From Dehalococcoidia bacterium (GTDB lineage: Bacteria > Chloroflexota > Dehalococcoidia > Lucifugimonadales > UBA3495): 64,000 bases of DNA. The notes beneath the pieces were generated by a model. The model had not been told where the DNA came from and ran no database searches. It saw only the letters and a program-made list of their open reading frames with translations. The stretch lies in assembly GCA_965216065.1 (NCBI GenBank), contig CBDCFB010000002.1:756-64755 (forward strand). Direction: 5' to 3'. Below, one piece after another: positions 18,541-28,327 of the stretch. The position numbers and the translations under genes were made by a program. Each line of letters opens with the position of its first letter. Positions within the stretch are counted from its first letter, which is position 1.

Positions 18541-20856
18541 TTAGCTCTGGGCTGCATCCTGCAACGCCTGCCAGACCTTCTCCGGCGTCAGCGGCGTGTC
18601 GATGTGCTTCACTCCGGCAGACGATAGGGCGTCCATCACCGCGTTGGCTATTGCCACCGGCGCTGCCAGGGTGGGCAGCTCGCCGATGCCCTTTACGCCC
18701 AGCGCCGTGATGGGCGACGGCGTTTCGAAGGTGCTGTCCAGGTCGAAGTCCGGCAGGTCGATGGACTTGGGCAATACGTAGTCCATGAGGCTGCCGCTAA
18801 GGGGCTGGCCGCTGGAGTCGTATACCATGCCCTCCCAGAGGGCCTGGCCGATGCCCTGGGCGATGGCGCCGTGAATCTGGCCGTCGTACAGCATGGGGTT
18901 GATGACCTTGCCGGAGTCGTGGACGCCGGTGTATTGCAGGATTTTGATGGCCCCGTTTTCCCGCGAGACTTCCACCACCGCGACGTGGGAGCCGAAGGAG
19001 TAGGGGCTCCGGTTCAGCGTGTTGGAGCCGACGAAGTCCAACCCCGGCTCCGCGCCCGGGGGCAGCAGCTCTTCGTTGTGGGCTGCGGCGGCGAGCTGGG
19101 CGAAGGGTACGCTGCGGGAGGGGTTGTTGCGGTCGACGGCCCGGCCATCGTTCAGGTCTACATCTCCGGTCGGGCAGTCCAGCAGGTGCCCCGCTATAGT
19201 TATCAGCTTTTCCCGCGCTTCCTGCACTACGTTGTACAAGACCGTGCCACCGGCGATGACGCCCCGGCTGGCCGATGTGCCGCCGCCCGCGGGCAGGATG
19301 GCGGAGTCGCTGTGACGCACACGGACGTCGCCGGGCGCGATGCCCAGCTCATCGGCGACCACCTGGGCGAAGGTCGTCTCCGTGCCCTGACCGTGGGGCG
19401 AGATGCCGGTGTGAACCTCGACCTCTCCGTCCGGTCCGATGATGCACCGGGCGTGTTCTTCGAGCATGGTAACCTTGGCGCCGGACCCCTTCACCACCGT
19501 CGCAATGCCCACGCCGACGAGCGCTCCGTCGGTCTCCGACTGTTGGCGCGAGCGTTCCCGCCATTGCTGATAATCGGACATTTCCAATGAGCGTTCAAAG
19601 GCCGCGGCGTATTCGCCGGAGTCATAGATGATGCCCGTGGGTGTTTCGTAGGGGAAGGCGTCGGGCGGGATGAAGTTGCGGCGCCTGACATCGGCGGGGT
19701 CAAGGCCAAGCTCCTGGGCCACCAGGTCCACGGCGCGCTCCATGCAGAAGGCCGCCTCGGGCCCGCCCGCGCCGCGATACGCGCCGGTCACCGACTTGTT
19801 GGTCGCCACTCCCACCACCTCCACCGACATCGCGGGCGTGCGGTAGGGGCCGGTCAGCCGGTGGCTGGTCAGGATAGGGACCGTCGGCGTGGACATGAAG
19901 AAGTAGGCCCCCAGGTCGGCGGTGACCTTGACCCGGATGCCCAGCAGCGTACCGTCGCTCTGGGCCGCCGCCTCCAGGTCGATGCTGTGTCCGCGCCCGT
20001 GGAAGCAGAGCATATTCTCCTGCCGGCTCTCCACCCACTTGATGGGCCGTCCCAGCTTCATCGCCAGGTAGGGGATTGCCAGCTCCTCGGGGAAGAAGCA
20101 TCCCTTCTCGCCGAAGCCGCCGCCCACGTCGGGGCAGGCCACCCGCACCGACTCCATTGGCCGACTCAGCAGGCGGGCCAGGTGCTCCCGTATTTCGTGG
20201 GGGTGCTGGGTCGAGTCCCACACCGTCAGCAGGTCGGCCTCGGCGTCGTACTCGGCCAGCAGGCCGCGAGGCTCCATCGGCGCGGGGGCCACACGCTGCA
20301 CGTCGAAACGCTGGCTGATGACGCAATCGGCGTTGGCAAAGGCCCCGTCCAGATCGCCTCCCGCGTTGACCGTGCGCAGCACGATGTTGGTGCCAAGGTG
20401 CTCGTGGATCACGGGGACGTTCTCTCCGGTCGCTTGCAGCGGGTCGATTACGGCCGGCAGGATCTCGTAATCGATGTTGACCAGTTCCACCGCATCCTCG
20501 GCGGTGTAGATGTCCTCCGCGAGCACTATGGCGACCGGTTGCCCGGCGTAGCAGGCCTTGTCAATGGCCAGCGCCGGATGACGGGGCGGGCGCAGTTCGT
20601 CGGCGTCGGTGGACTCGCGGGTCGGCAGTTGGGCCGCTTCCTCGATGTCCCTGGCGGTGATGACCGCCGCCACTCCCGGAAGGGACAACGCCAGCGAAGC
20701 GTCGATGCTGCGGATGCGGGCGTGGCCGTGAGGGCTGCGTATGACAAGGGCGTGCAGCATCCCTGGCCTCGTCATATCGTCAACGTAAGAGGATTGCCCG
20801 GTGAGCAGGCGGTGGTCTTCAAATCGCTTGATGGACTGGCCCGTGTAGGTAGTCAT
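18541..20856 (-). CDS. Xanthine dehydrogenase/CoxL-family molybdopterin-binding large subunit (second paralog)
   Basis: ATG at 20856 (MTTYTGQSIKRFEDHRLLTGQSSYVDD). GGGFGEKG and GAYRGAGGPEA motifs. 772 aa. No adjacent small or medium subunit genes. Confidence 0.85.
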   Translation of the reverse strand: MTTYTGQSIKRFEDHRLLTGQSSYVDDMTRPGMLHALVIRSPHGHARIRSIDASLALSLPGVAAVITARDIEEAAQLPTRESTDADELRPPRHPALAIDKACYAGQPVAIVLAEDIYTAEDAVELVNIDYEILPAVIDPLQATGENVPVIHEHLGTNIVLRTVNAGGDLDGAFANADCVISQRFDVQRVAPAPMEPRGLLAEYDAEADLLTVWDSTQHPHEIREHLARLLSRPMESVRVACPDVGGGFGEKGCFFPEELAIPYLAMKLGRPIKWVESRQENMLCFHGRGHSIDLEAAAQSDGTLLGIRVKVTADLGAYFFMSTPTVPILTSHRLTGPYRTPAMSVEVVGVATNKSVTGAYRGAGGPEAAFCMERAVDLVAQELGLDPADVRRRNFIPPDAFPYETPTGIIYDSGEYAAAFERSLEMSDYQQWRERSRQQSETDGALVGVGIATVVKGSGAKVTMLEEHARCIIGPDGEVEVHTGISPHGQGTETTFAQVVADELGIAPGDVRVRHSDSAILPAGGGTSASRGVIAGGTVLYNVVQEAREKLITIAGHLLDCPTGDVDLNDGRAVDRNNPSRSVPFAQLAAAAHNEELLPPGAEPGLDFVGSNTLNRSPYSFGSHVAVVEVSRENGAIKILQYTGVHDSGKVINPMLYDGQIHGAIAQGIGQALWEGMVYDSSGQPLSGSLMDYVLPKSIDLPDFDLDSTFETPSPITALGVKGIGELPTLAAPVAIANAVMDALSSAGVKHIDTPLTPEKVWQALQDAAQS

Positions 20857-20919
20857 CGCCGGCCTCCGCAATTTTCTGCTTTGAACGCCCCGAAATAAAC
20901 GAAATAATACCATTACTTC

Positions 20920-22380
20920 GCTGGACTTTACGCAAAAGTTAGGAGAGGTAAAAAAGACAGGGTAAGCTGGCCTAAACCCACTTCTCACGGAAGGTCCAGC
21001 CATGCTCACCCTGCCCGATGCCATTTTACCCGTACTCCATCCCTTCGCCACGCTGTTTCGCAACCCGACCTGGCTGAAAGCCCAAATCCTGCTGGTCGGC
21101 GCGATACTGGCCCCGGGCCAACGCACCGTGGCCGCGGCGCTGCGCGTCATGGGCCGCAGCGACCACCTCGACTACGCCCGCTATCATGAGGTGCTCAACC
21201 GGGCGGTGTGGTCGCCCCGCCAAGCGGCTCGCATCCTGCTCATGCTGCTGCTCCAACACCTGGATCAGGGCGATGGTCCGTTGGTCTTCGGCATCGACGA
21301 AACCCTGGAACGGCGCCGTGGCCCTAAAATTAAATCCCTGGGCATCTACCGCGATGCGGTGCGTTCCAGCCGGAGCCACCTGGTCAAGGCCAGCGGCCTG
21401 CGCTGGATTTCCCTGATGTGGCTGGGCCAGATCCCCTGGGCGGGACGCTATTGGGCCTTGCCCTTTCTTACCGTGCTGGCGCCCTCGGAACGCTACCACC
21501 GGCAGCGCGGACGCCGCCACAAGAAGCTCACCGACTGGGCTCGGCAGATGATCCTGCAACTGCGCCGCTGGCTGCCCCACCGCCCCCTGGTGCTGGTGGG
21601 CGACAGCAGCTACGCCGTCTTGGACCTGCTCCACTGCTGCCAATCGTTGGCTCAACCCGTTACCCTCATCGCCCGCTTGCGCCTGGACGCCGCCCTTTAT
21701 GAACCGGCCCCACCCCGTCAGCCCGGTCAGAACGGTCGGCCTCCGCTGAAAGGCCGACGGCTGCCCGCGCTGAAGACACTCCTGGACTTGCCCACCGTGT
21801 CATGGGCCACCGTGTCGGCAGCCTGGTACGACGGCACTACCCGCACGTTGGGACTCACCTCGCAAACGGCGGTCTGGTACCGCTCGGGCAAGCCGCCGGT
21901 GCCCCTGCGCTGGGTCTTGGTTCGGGACCCACAGGGCGAATTCACTCCCCAGGCCTTGCTCTGCACCGATCCGTCGGCGGACCCGACGCAGATCCTGGAA
22001 TGGTTTGTGCTGCGCTGGCAACTGGAGGTCACCTTTCAGGAGGTGCGGGCTCACCTGGGCGTGGAGACCCAACGCCAGTGGTCGGACCTGGCCATTGCCC
22101 GTACTACGCCAATCCTGATGGGGCTCTTCTCCTGGACCACCCTGGCAGCCCATCTGCTGCGGCAACAACGACCCTCGGCCCATCGCACAGCGGCTTGGTA
22201 CGCCAAGCCGTCGCCGACCTTCGTGGATGCCATCGCTCTGGTGCGCCGCCACCTGTGGCTGGCGTCGGAGGGTTTTTCACTGTCCGCCGCCGACCCTGAT
22301 ATACGGAAAGTCCCGGCCGCTCTGTACCACCGACTTGTCGATTCCCTTGCCTACGCCGCTTGAATTGCGCAAAGTCCAGC
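20920..22380 (+). mobile_element. Insertion sequence with IS4/IS701-superfamily DDE transposase
   Basis: Imperfect 16-bp terminal inverted repeats: gctggactttacgcaa (20920-20935) and ttgcgcaaagtccagc (22365-22380). One intact transposase ORF. No clear target duplication seen. Confidence 0.7.
21002..22363 (+). CDS. DDE transposase (IS4/IS701-like; family not resolved)
   Basis: 453-aa intact ORF. GIDETLERRRG, LVGDSSYA and WQLEVTFQEVRAHLG segments fit a DDE transposase. Confidence 0.75.
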   Translation: MLTLPDAILPVLHPFATLFRNPTWLKAQILLVGAILAPGQRTVAAALRVMGRSDHLDYARYHEVLNRAVWSPRQAARILLMLLLQHLDQGDGPLVFGIDETLERRRGPKIKSLGIYRDAVRSSRSHLVKASGLRWISLMWLGQIPWAGRYWALPFLTVLAPSERYHRQRGRRHKKLTDWARQMILQLRRWLPHRPLVLVGDSSYAVLDLLHCCQSLAQPVTLIARLRLDAALYEPAPPRQPGQNGRPPLKGRRLPALKTLLDLPTVSWATVSAAWYDGTTRTLGLTSQTAVWYRSGKPPVPLRWVLVRDPQGEFTPQALLCTDPSADPTQILEWFVLRWQLEVTFQEVRAHLGVETQRQWSDLAIARTTPILMGLFSWTTLAAHLLRQQRPSAHRTAAWYAKPSPTFVDAIALVRRHLWLASEGFSLSAADPDIRKVPAALYHRLVDSLAYAA

Positions 22381-22413
22381 CAAGGGCAGGGTTAACGCAT
22401 CAAGCACAAGGCG

Positions 22414-23210
22414 ATGAGTTATAAGCGTATGAAAGAGAAGGAAGCCCGGTTGGCGGCGAAGGTGGCCGGGTTGCTGCGGCGGGCCCGGGAGGCGGATGAC
22501 GAGGAAGACCGCCGGTACTGTCAGGATGAGAGCGGGGATGAGTTGCCTGCAGAACTGGCGTTTCGTGAGGGCCGAATCAAGAAGACAATGGAAGCCATGG
22601 CCGCTTTGGAAGCGAGGGCTGGGGAAGCGGCAGAGCAGGCGGCGGCCGCAGGCAGGGAACATCCGGGAGTGCCGGAGGACAGGGCCCAGTTCAATTTCAC
22701 CGACGCCGAGTCCCGCATCATGCCAGCGCCAGGCGGTGGTGGACAGCGCCCACCAGGTCATCGTGGCGGCCCGTGCTACCAACCAGCCCTAGGACAAGGG
22801 TCAGGCCGAGAGCATGATTGAGGAGACCGTGAGTAACACCGGCGAGGTCCCAAAGGAAGTTTCCGCCGACGCAGGCTGCTACCCGGCGCAGGCAGTTGAC
22901 GGCCTCTATGCCTTGGGGACGGACCCCCTCGTGGCCCCGGAGCAGACCCGCCACGGGGGGTCCACCTGCGCCCCTGGGCCGGATACCCACCAACCTGTCG
23001 GACGGGGACCGGATGAGGCGGAAGTTGCAGACGAAACGGGGCCGGCAGCGCTACGCGTTGCGCATGGAGATGGCATTAGGCCAGATTATAGAAGCCCGCG
23101 GTTTCCGGCAGTTCCTGCTGCGGGACTTGGATAAGGTGAACCGGAAGTAGTTGCTCATTTGCACCGGGCGCAACCTGTTCAAGCTGTTCCGGTATGGAAC
23201 TGATGTGCCC
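22414..23210 (+). pseudogene. IS1182-family transposase, 5'-truncated with frameshifts and an in-frame stop
   Basis: Pieces lie in three frames: NFTDAESRIM; VVDSAHQVIVAARATNQP; EVPKEVSADAGCYPAQAVDGL; RGRQRYALRMEMALGQIIEARGFRQFLLRDLDKVNRK-stop-LLICTGRNLFKL. The TAG at 23148-23150 aligns with the conserved Trp of the family EW motif. Confidence 0.75.
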
Positions 23211-23516
23211 GTCGCAACATGGGCAACCGGGGCTGCCGAAAGCATCAGGAAATCGGCCGGGTTTGTAAACGGCGTGATATCCCAGAGGTTATTCGGGCGC
23301 CAGCGGCTGCAACCGGCGAGAATGGTTGTCGCCAACTGATGCCTGCCAGCCTGCTGGGATATCTTCGGAGAGGCTGCCAGCGTTCAGGGTCTGTTCCAGA
23401 GCTGACGGGAACTCACAAACACTGCAGCCGTCCGTCGGCACACCGACATCGCCCAACTGCGACCGTGATGCTCCAGGAATACGAGCTTTTGCGTTGCATG
23501 CCTTCAACGGCATTGA

Positions 23517-25118
23517 TTATGGCGGAGAAGGGGGCACAGCGGCGGTGAGACGGCGGGATGCACCCATCTCTTGTGTCAGTCGAGAGAACAGGAAGAATAT
23601 CTCCCCTGCCGTATTGGTTACATCGAGGATTCCTGCCTGTATGGAATCGCTTACGGGAGCGTTTGTGGTGATGTAGTCGCCCCTGATACGGCGAAGTAGC
23701 TCAGATCTGTCTCCGGTCAGTTGCATGGCCGTTTGCCAGTCCTCCTGGTCCTGACTGGTCAGCCCATCTATTATGATCAAAACCACGGCATCAATTCCGT
23801 CGACCATAACGTCCCGCAGCCGACCGGGAGCCCCCTCGTCGGGGAGTTCGTTCAATTCGGCGCACAATGCGGCAAACTGCTCCTCCAGCCAGACAATCAG
23901 CCTCTGCTGGGCAAGCATAGAGCTGACGGCCTCCATCTCATGGCTGGGATGCCGTAGTCTCGCTTCGGTGAGAAACTCGTCCATCTCCCGGATCATCGGT
24001 CTTACGGAATTTCTCAGGGGTTCAATTGCGGCTCCCTGACGCACGGCATCCAAGTAGGACGAGAAGGCGGAAAGTACGCGCCCCTGCTCCAGAGAGATAA
24101 GCTCCAGCGCTGCAGTAACGTCCCCATAGTTCCGGGCATGAACGTAGGCAACCCGCGACATCACTTCCGCAGTGGTTGCAGGCCAAAGCAGGGAAAATAG
24201 ATGCGCTATCCGGGGCACAAAGAAGATGACGGGTGCTGCGACGATGGCATCACTTGTCAAGCACAGGGCTGCCAATGGCTGGTCCAGAGGCACGGACAGG
24301 ATGAGAGTCTTTATCAGTGGTACGCTCGCCCATATCTCGACGTAAAGTAGCGGAACGAATACTGCGATTTGCAATAGATTGTAGAAAACTTGGACCATGG
24401 CGATGCGGCGCGACACCCCGCTCAGTTTAACCGATAGTATGAGAAGGGTAGCGTTTGTTCCGAGATACGAACCGTAGATGGACATGATCGCTTGGTCATC
24501 AGTCAAGACACCGACAGAAGCCATGCCAACGGCGAGCACCATCACCGCCACGGATGATTGGACCATGAGGGACAGCGCAGCGGCCGCGAGGAAAGAAAAC
24601 CACAAGGAGCCATCCATCAGCCCCAGAAATTCATCGAAAAGCGGCTGACCAGTGAATGACAGAGCGGACTGTTTGACCAGACCGAGGCCAACAAACATCA
24701 ATGCGGCTCCAAAAAGCGAGGCGCCGATGTTCCGGAACTTGATGGCTCTTTCGCTCAGCATCAACACGCTGGCTACCCCCAGTGCATAGAGGGCCGCCAG
24801 TTGAATATCCAGCGATACCAGGAGCACCAAGAGCCCGACTCCCACGTTACCGCCAATAATGAAGGCGAATGCCCGCTCGGTGGAGAGGAGGTTGGCCCGA
24901 AACATGGTGATGGTGATGAATGTCAGGGCAGACAGATTCTGAAGGATACTACCGGAGAGCACCCCCCAGCCCCAGGCTGCGTAGCGGTTGGGGACCCAGT
25001 CAGAAACAAGCCTGCGCAGTCGACGGGTGGTCAGGGCCTTGAGGTTCTCCGAGAGGAACCACATCCCGACGAAGAACAAGCCGAAACCTCCGAGAAGTCC
25101 TCCAATGCCTTCTAGCAC
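23517..25118 (-). CDS. Na+/phosphate cotransporter family protein (NptA-like with PhoU-like C-terminal region)
   Basis: 533 aa. N-terminal GFGLFFVGMWFLSENLK and repeated transmembrane segments, followed by a helical soluble C-terminus. Lower GC than its surroundings. Confidence 0.7.
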   Translation of the reverse strand: MLEGIGGLLGGFGLFFVGMWFLSENLKALTTRRLRRLVSDWVPNRYAAWGWGVLSGSILQNLSALTFITITMFRANLLSTERAFAFIIGGNVGVGLLVLLVSLDIQLAALYALGVASVLMLSERAIKFRNIGASLFGAALMFVGLGLVKQSALSFTGQPLFDEFLGLMDGSLWFSFLAAAALSLMVQSSVAVMVLAVGMASVGVLTDDQAIMSIYGSYLGTNATLLILSVKLSGVSRRIAMVQVFYNLLQIAVFVPLLYVEIWASVPLIKTLILSVPLDQPLAALCLTSDAIVAAPVIFFVPRIAHLFSLLWPATTAEVMSRVAYVHARNYGDVTAALELISLEQGRVLSAFSSYLDAVRQGAAIEPLRNSVRPMIREMDEFLTEARLRHPSHEMEAVSSMLAQQRLIVWLEEQFAALCAELNELPDEGAPGRLRDVMVDGIDAVVLIIIDGLTSQDQEDWQTAMQLTGDRSELLRRIRGDYITTNAPVSDSIQAGILDVTNTAGEIFFLFSRLTQEMGASRRLTAAVPPSPP

Positions 25119-25450
25119 TTTCTACACACGGGGAGAGCGGACATCAGACGCTGAAGGTAGCGCGGGCCCGTCGGGATGCTGAAAGGCTCAAACCGTAGGC
25201 GAACCTCGTAACCGCTGTCGTTAGGCATCTGTTCCAGCGCCGACAGAAGGGCCAGCGCGTTTCGGTCCCGGGCCGAGTCTCCCATCAGGCCGATGCGCCA
25301 CGCTTTGATGCGAAACTCGCCCAAACCTCCACCTATCTCGATCCCGTAGTCGTTCAGCAGCGTAGACCTGACGGTTGCATCGTCGATGCCGTCAGGGAGC
25401 TGAACGGTGGTCAGCCGGTTCAGACGGTACTCCGGGTCGGCAAGCAGCTC
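25112..25450 (-). pseudogene. Class V aminotransferase (serine-pyruvate/alanine-glyoxylate type) 3' fragment
   Basis: Only the C-terminal about 100 aa are present (RLNRLTTVQLPDGIDDATVRSTLLNDYGIEIGGGLGEFRIKAWRIGLMG). The N-terminal 250+ aa are absent. Confidence 0.65.
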
Positions 25451-25599
25451 CGGCCCCTGCGCCTCCCGCCCGGCGCGCCGGGCGGCCGCCGCCCTGGCGT
25501 GCAGGTTGATGCGATTGTCGCTGCCCTCCTGTTCTTCGTCTCCGTGTCGCATCCAGCCACCCTCTCGCTTTCCGGTAGCCTCGTTGGGTCCCTCTCCTC

Positions 25600-27051
25600 T
25601 CGATCATAGGGAGGACTCCCTGGGCACACGAAGACCCACACGTCTTTCTTCACGTCCTGTGCTCGTTTCCGTTCCTCCGTGAGTTGCGCCTGCAGCAGGC
25701 TGCCCGCGAACTGCGGGGGGTGATTGGGAGACTCCATGGTGTCAGTCAGGTAAACCCTGGGAATCTTGTCAGTTACGCCGGCGTTTCTCAAGCTCCGGGA
25801 CAGGCGCAGATGCGCTACCGAATAGGGACCTACCAGCACCTCGAAGGCATAAAGGCGCTCGGCCAGATTTCTCAGCTTCCCTGCGACTGCTCCCGGTCCA
25901 ACCCGCTGCAGCACGGCGCCCGATGCGAGGTCCAGAACGGCCAAGGGATGGGTGCCGGTTCCCACAGCGGGATCCAGGACCACGACGTCATCATCGGCAA
26001 AGACGAGGGGTTTCCCGAAACGTGTTCGAAGCAGTTCTCCGGCCAGTGTCACCTGGGCGCGGACCGCCTCCACAGGCGTGTAGTACACGCAGCGGTCTTT
26101 CCTGAGCTTTGGATCGTACGCGCTCAGGAACTGCTCGTAGAAGTACCACCAAGGGTCTGCCGATTGGCCCAGCTTCGCCGAGTCCTCAGCTTGGATGGCG
26201 CGTTCGAGCAGTTCGATGGGCATCCGCAACTCCTCTCGAACAGCTGGGGCCTCCAGCAGTTGCAGCCCCTCGGCGAACAAGCCGTGCTCCCGCTGAAGCG
26301 CATCCACAGCTATTGCGGGCCTCAAACTCTCCGCTCCCTCGAATCTTGCCAACAAGAGCGCGTGGGTCACCGTCTGGGCGTAGGCGTCGGCAAACTGAGC
26401 GTCATCTTCTTCTGGGAAGAGCAGCCCGGTCCGCTCACTTACCAGCGCCCGAAGGGGACTGGCCTCTCCAGCCAGCGCAGCCCTCACATCATCCCTTAGC
26501 ACGCGGGCCAAGGGAGCGAGGAACCCTGCCAGCCCTTCCGCCGTTCCAGGGACGATGGGGTCCCAGTACAGAAAGTCGCGAAGGAGTTCGCGAATAGTAT
26601 CGAGGGGCCCGGGGTCCACCGCCCTCGCGCCACCTTGACTGACATCCGCGGCAATCCTTGCCCCAGGCTTCAACTCCCCGGACCTGTACAGGCTCCACTC
26701 CCCGCCGTCCGCGCAGACAAGGTTGGGCAGCGCCCTGAACTGCTCCCGCTGCGAACTATTGTGCCTCGTAAAGTACTCCGGTCGTTCACCCAGCCCGGGG
26801 AGTTTGAGTTCTACGTGTCCGGTTAACAGTCCGTTGACGGTTGCACCCAAATCGGCACGTCCGTCAATGTCATCAGGGTGGACCTCCGTTCGCCACGCTA
26901 CGCTCAGGTCGGTCAAGCTGCCGGCGTCCCTAAGAATGTCGCCCACCTGGGCCTTCAACTGGTCTTCTGGCACGGCAATTGGCACACCCACATGAGCAGG
27001 CCGTGATCCATAGTCGCCATGATATGCCTCTTTATAATTTGTATACGACAA
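25600..27051 (-). pseudogene. MmeI-like type IIL/IIG restriction-modification enzyme, 3'-truncated
   Basis: N-terminal D...ExK nuclease-like motif (DGRADL...GHVELKLPG), a helical spacer, then gamma-class N6-adenine methylase motifs (YYTPVEAV, LDPAVGTGT, FEVLVGPYSVAHLRL, GSPPY instead of GNPPY). Homology stops right after motif IV near 25600. The target-recognition half is missing. Confidence 0.7.
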
Positions 27052-27062
27052 TATGATCGCCT

Positions 27063-27293
27063 TCAGCCGCCCGTCAGAAAAAAGGTGTAGGCATAGCCGG
27101 ATCCCGCCGCCTTCCCGGTGCAGCGAAAGGTCCCTGGGTCCATTTCCAACTTCCGTCCGGTAACCTCGGACAGGCGGTGGCAGAAGTCCTCTATTCCCCG
27201 CCAGGCTTCAGCCTGGTTGTCTGCGTTGACTTCCCTGACTGCCACCCAGGTGCCGTCCTCCTCCCGGACTATGCCCGAGTAACTCCAAGGCAT
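27063..27293 (-). CDS. Hypothetical 76-aa protein immediately upstream of the R-M remnant
   Basis: ATG at 27293 with GGAGGG about 8 nt upstream. Ends 11 nt before the R-M gene start. No recognisable motif. Confidence 0.4.
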   Translation of the reverse strand: MPWSYSGIVREEDGTWVAVREVNADNQAEAWRGIEDFCHRLSEVTGRKLEMDPGTFRCTGKAAGSGYAYTFFLTGG

Positions 27294-27397
27294 CTGCCTA
27301 CCCTCCAGCGCCTGGCGAGATACGGGTCCAGGCAGGAGTGCTTGCCCCTCCTTCCCGCAACCGCGTATGCGATGTCGTTGTGCTCGCGGGGCTCGGC

Positions 27398-27692
27398 CTA
27401 TCCGCCCGGCCCGCTGACGGTGTAATCCAGGCGGGCTGGACAGCTTCTTGTCGCCGTCGGCGCAGATGGCCCCCTGCGCGTCGCAGTCCCTGGTGGCGGG
27501 CAGCACGATGGTGACGTCGCCGTTGGAGTCTGGTTCGACGGTGATCCCCCAGCCGACGATACTGGGTGGGTTCACACGGCGCGCACCAGTTACCGAGCCT
27601 CCCGTCACCGTGAAAGCGTGGTCGCACAGCGTGGTGTATGTGGAGCCCGTGGCTCGCTCAAGGTTATGGATGATATGAGCCGGCTCATCCAC
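27398..27692 (-). pseudogene. 3' remnant of a paralog of the 1470-aa surface protein
   Basis: ATGSTYTTLCDHAFTVTGGSVTGARRVNPPSIVGWGITVEPDSNGDVTIVLPATRDCDAQGAICADGDKKLS matches the C-terminal repeat of the giant gene. Nucleotide similarity continues past the stop (27345-27400 versus 32745-32804). There is one frameshift before the original stop at 27398-27400. Confidence 0.75.
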
Positions 27693-28126
27693 TCATGCAA
27701 ATAAATATCCTGGGGGTAGAACTGTTGAACGCTCCGGCCTGAAACAAGCGATGCCTGCAGACGGGGCCGCCCGGGCCGCCCCGCCAGACCCCCGGCTAGT
27801 TCGCCTTTCCAACGCCTGAACGCAATTACTCCTACTGGATGGCACTGGTACTGGAGCCTTGGCATAAAGCAGGCTGGCCAGCCTGCGTCTTGGAAGCCGA
27901 CTGAGCCGAATCAGGTTACAGAGGCTTACAGGCCGAAACTAGGGCCATATGCAACTTTCTTCTGCAGAGTTTTGTACGCAACGTTTTGGCAGGAAACTGG
28001 AGTCAACTTTGACTACATTCAGCAACTCGTACACACCTTTTCTCAGCGTGCGTTTCCATGGCCATATCAGTGCTTTTGTATAGGGCGTATGTGATGCTCA
28101 CTGTGAGTGCCAACGCCCATACGTGG

Positions 28127-28190
28127 TTGGGTACATTGCAATCTCGACAACGTCGCGCCGGCGCGGTACTTTTGGGACGCCGGATGCGAC
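28127..28190. repeat. 64-nt repeat with GC palindrome (copy 1)
   Basis: ttgggtacattgcaatctcgacaacgtcgcgccggcgcggtacttttgggacgccggatgcgac. The second copy is at 40666-40729. Weaker similarity extends from tagggcgt at 28081 and 40621. Confidence 0.6.
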
Positions 28191-28327
28191 AAGTAGGGCG
28201 GAGTAAATGTGTACCACCATAGGTCTTTGGCCAGCGTAAATGTCCACGCCAGTTGTTCGGGAGAAGGGTCACAGAGGCAGGCTGACAGCAGGCTGGGCGG
28301 GTGAATGAGGACGGCTACTGGCGCGAC

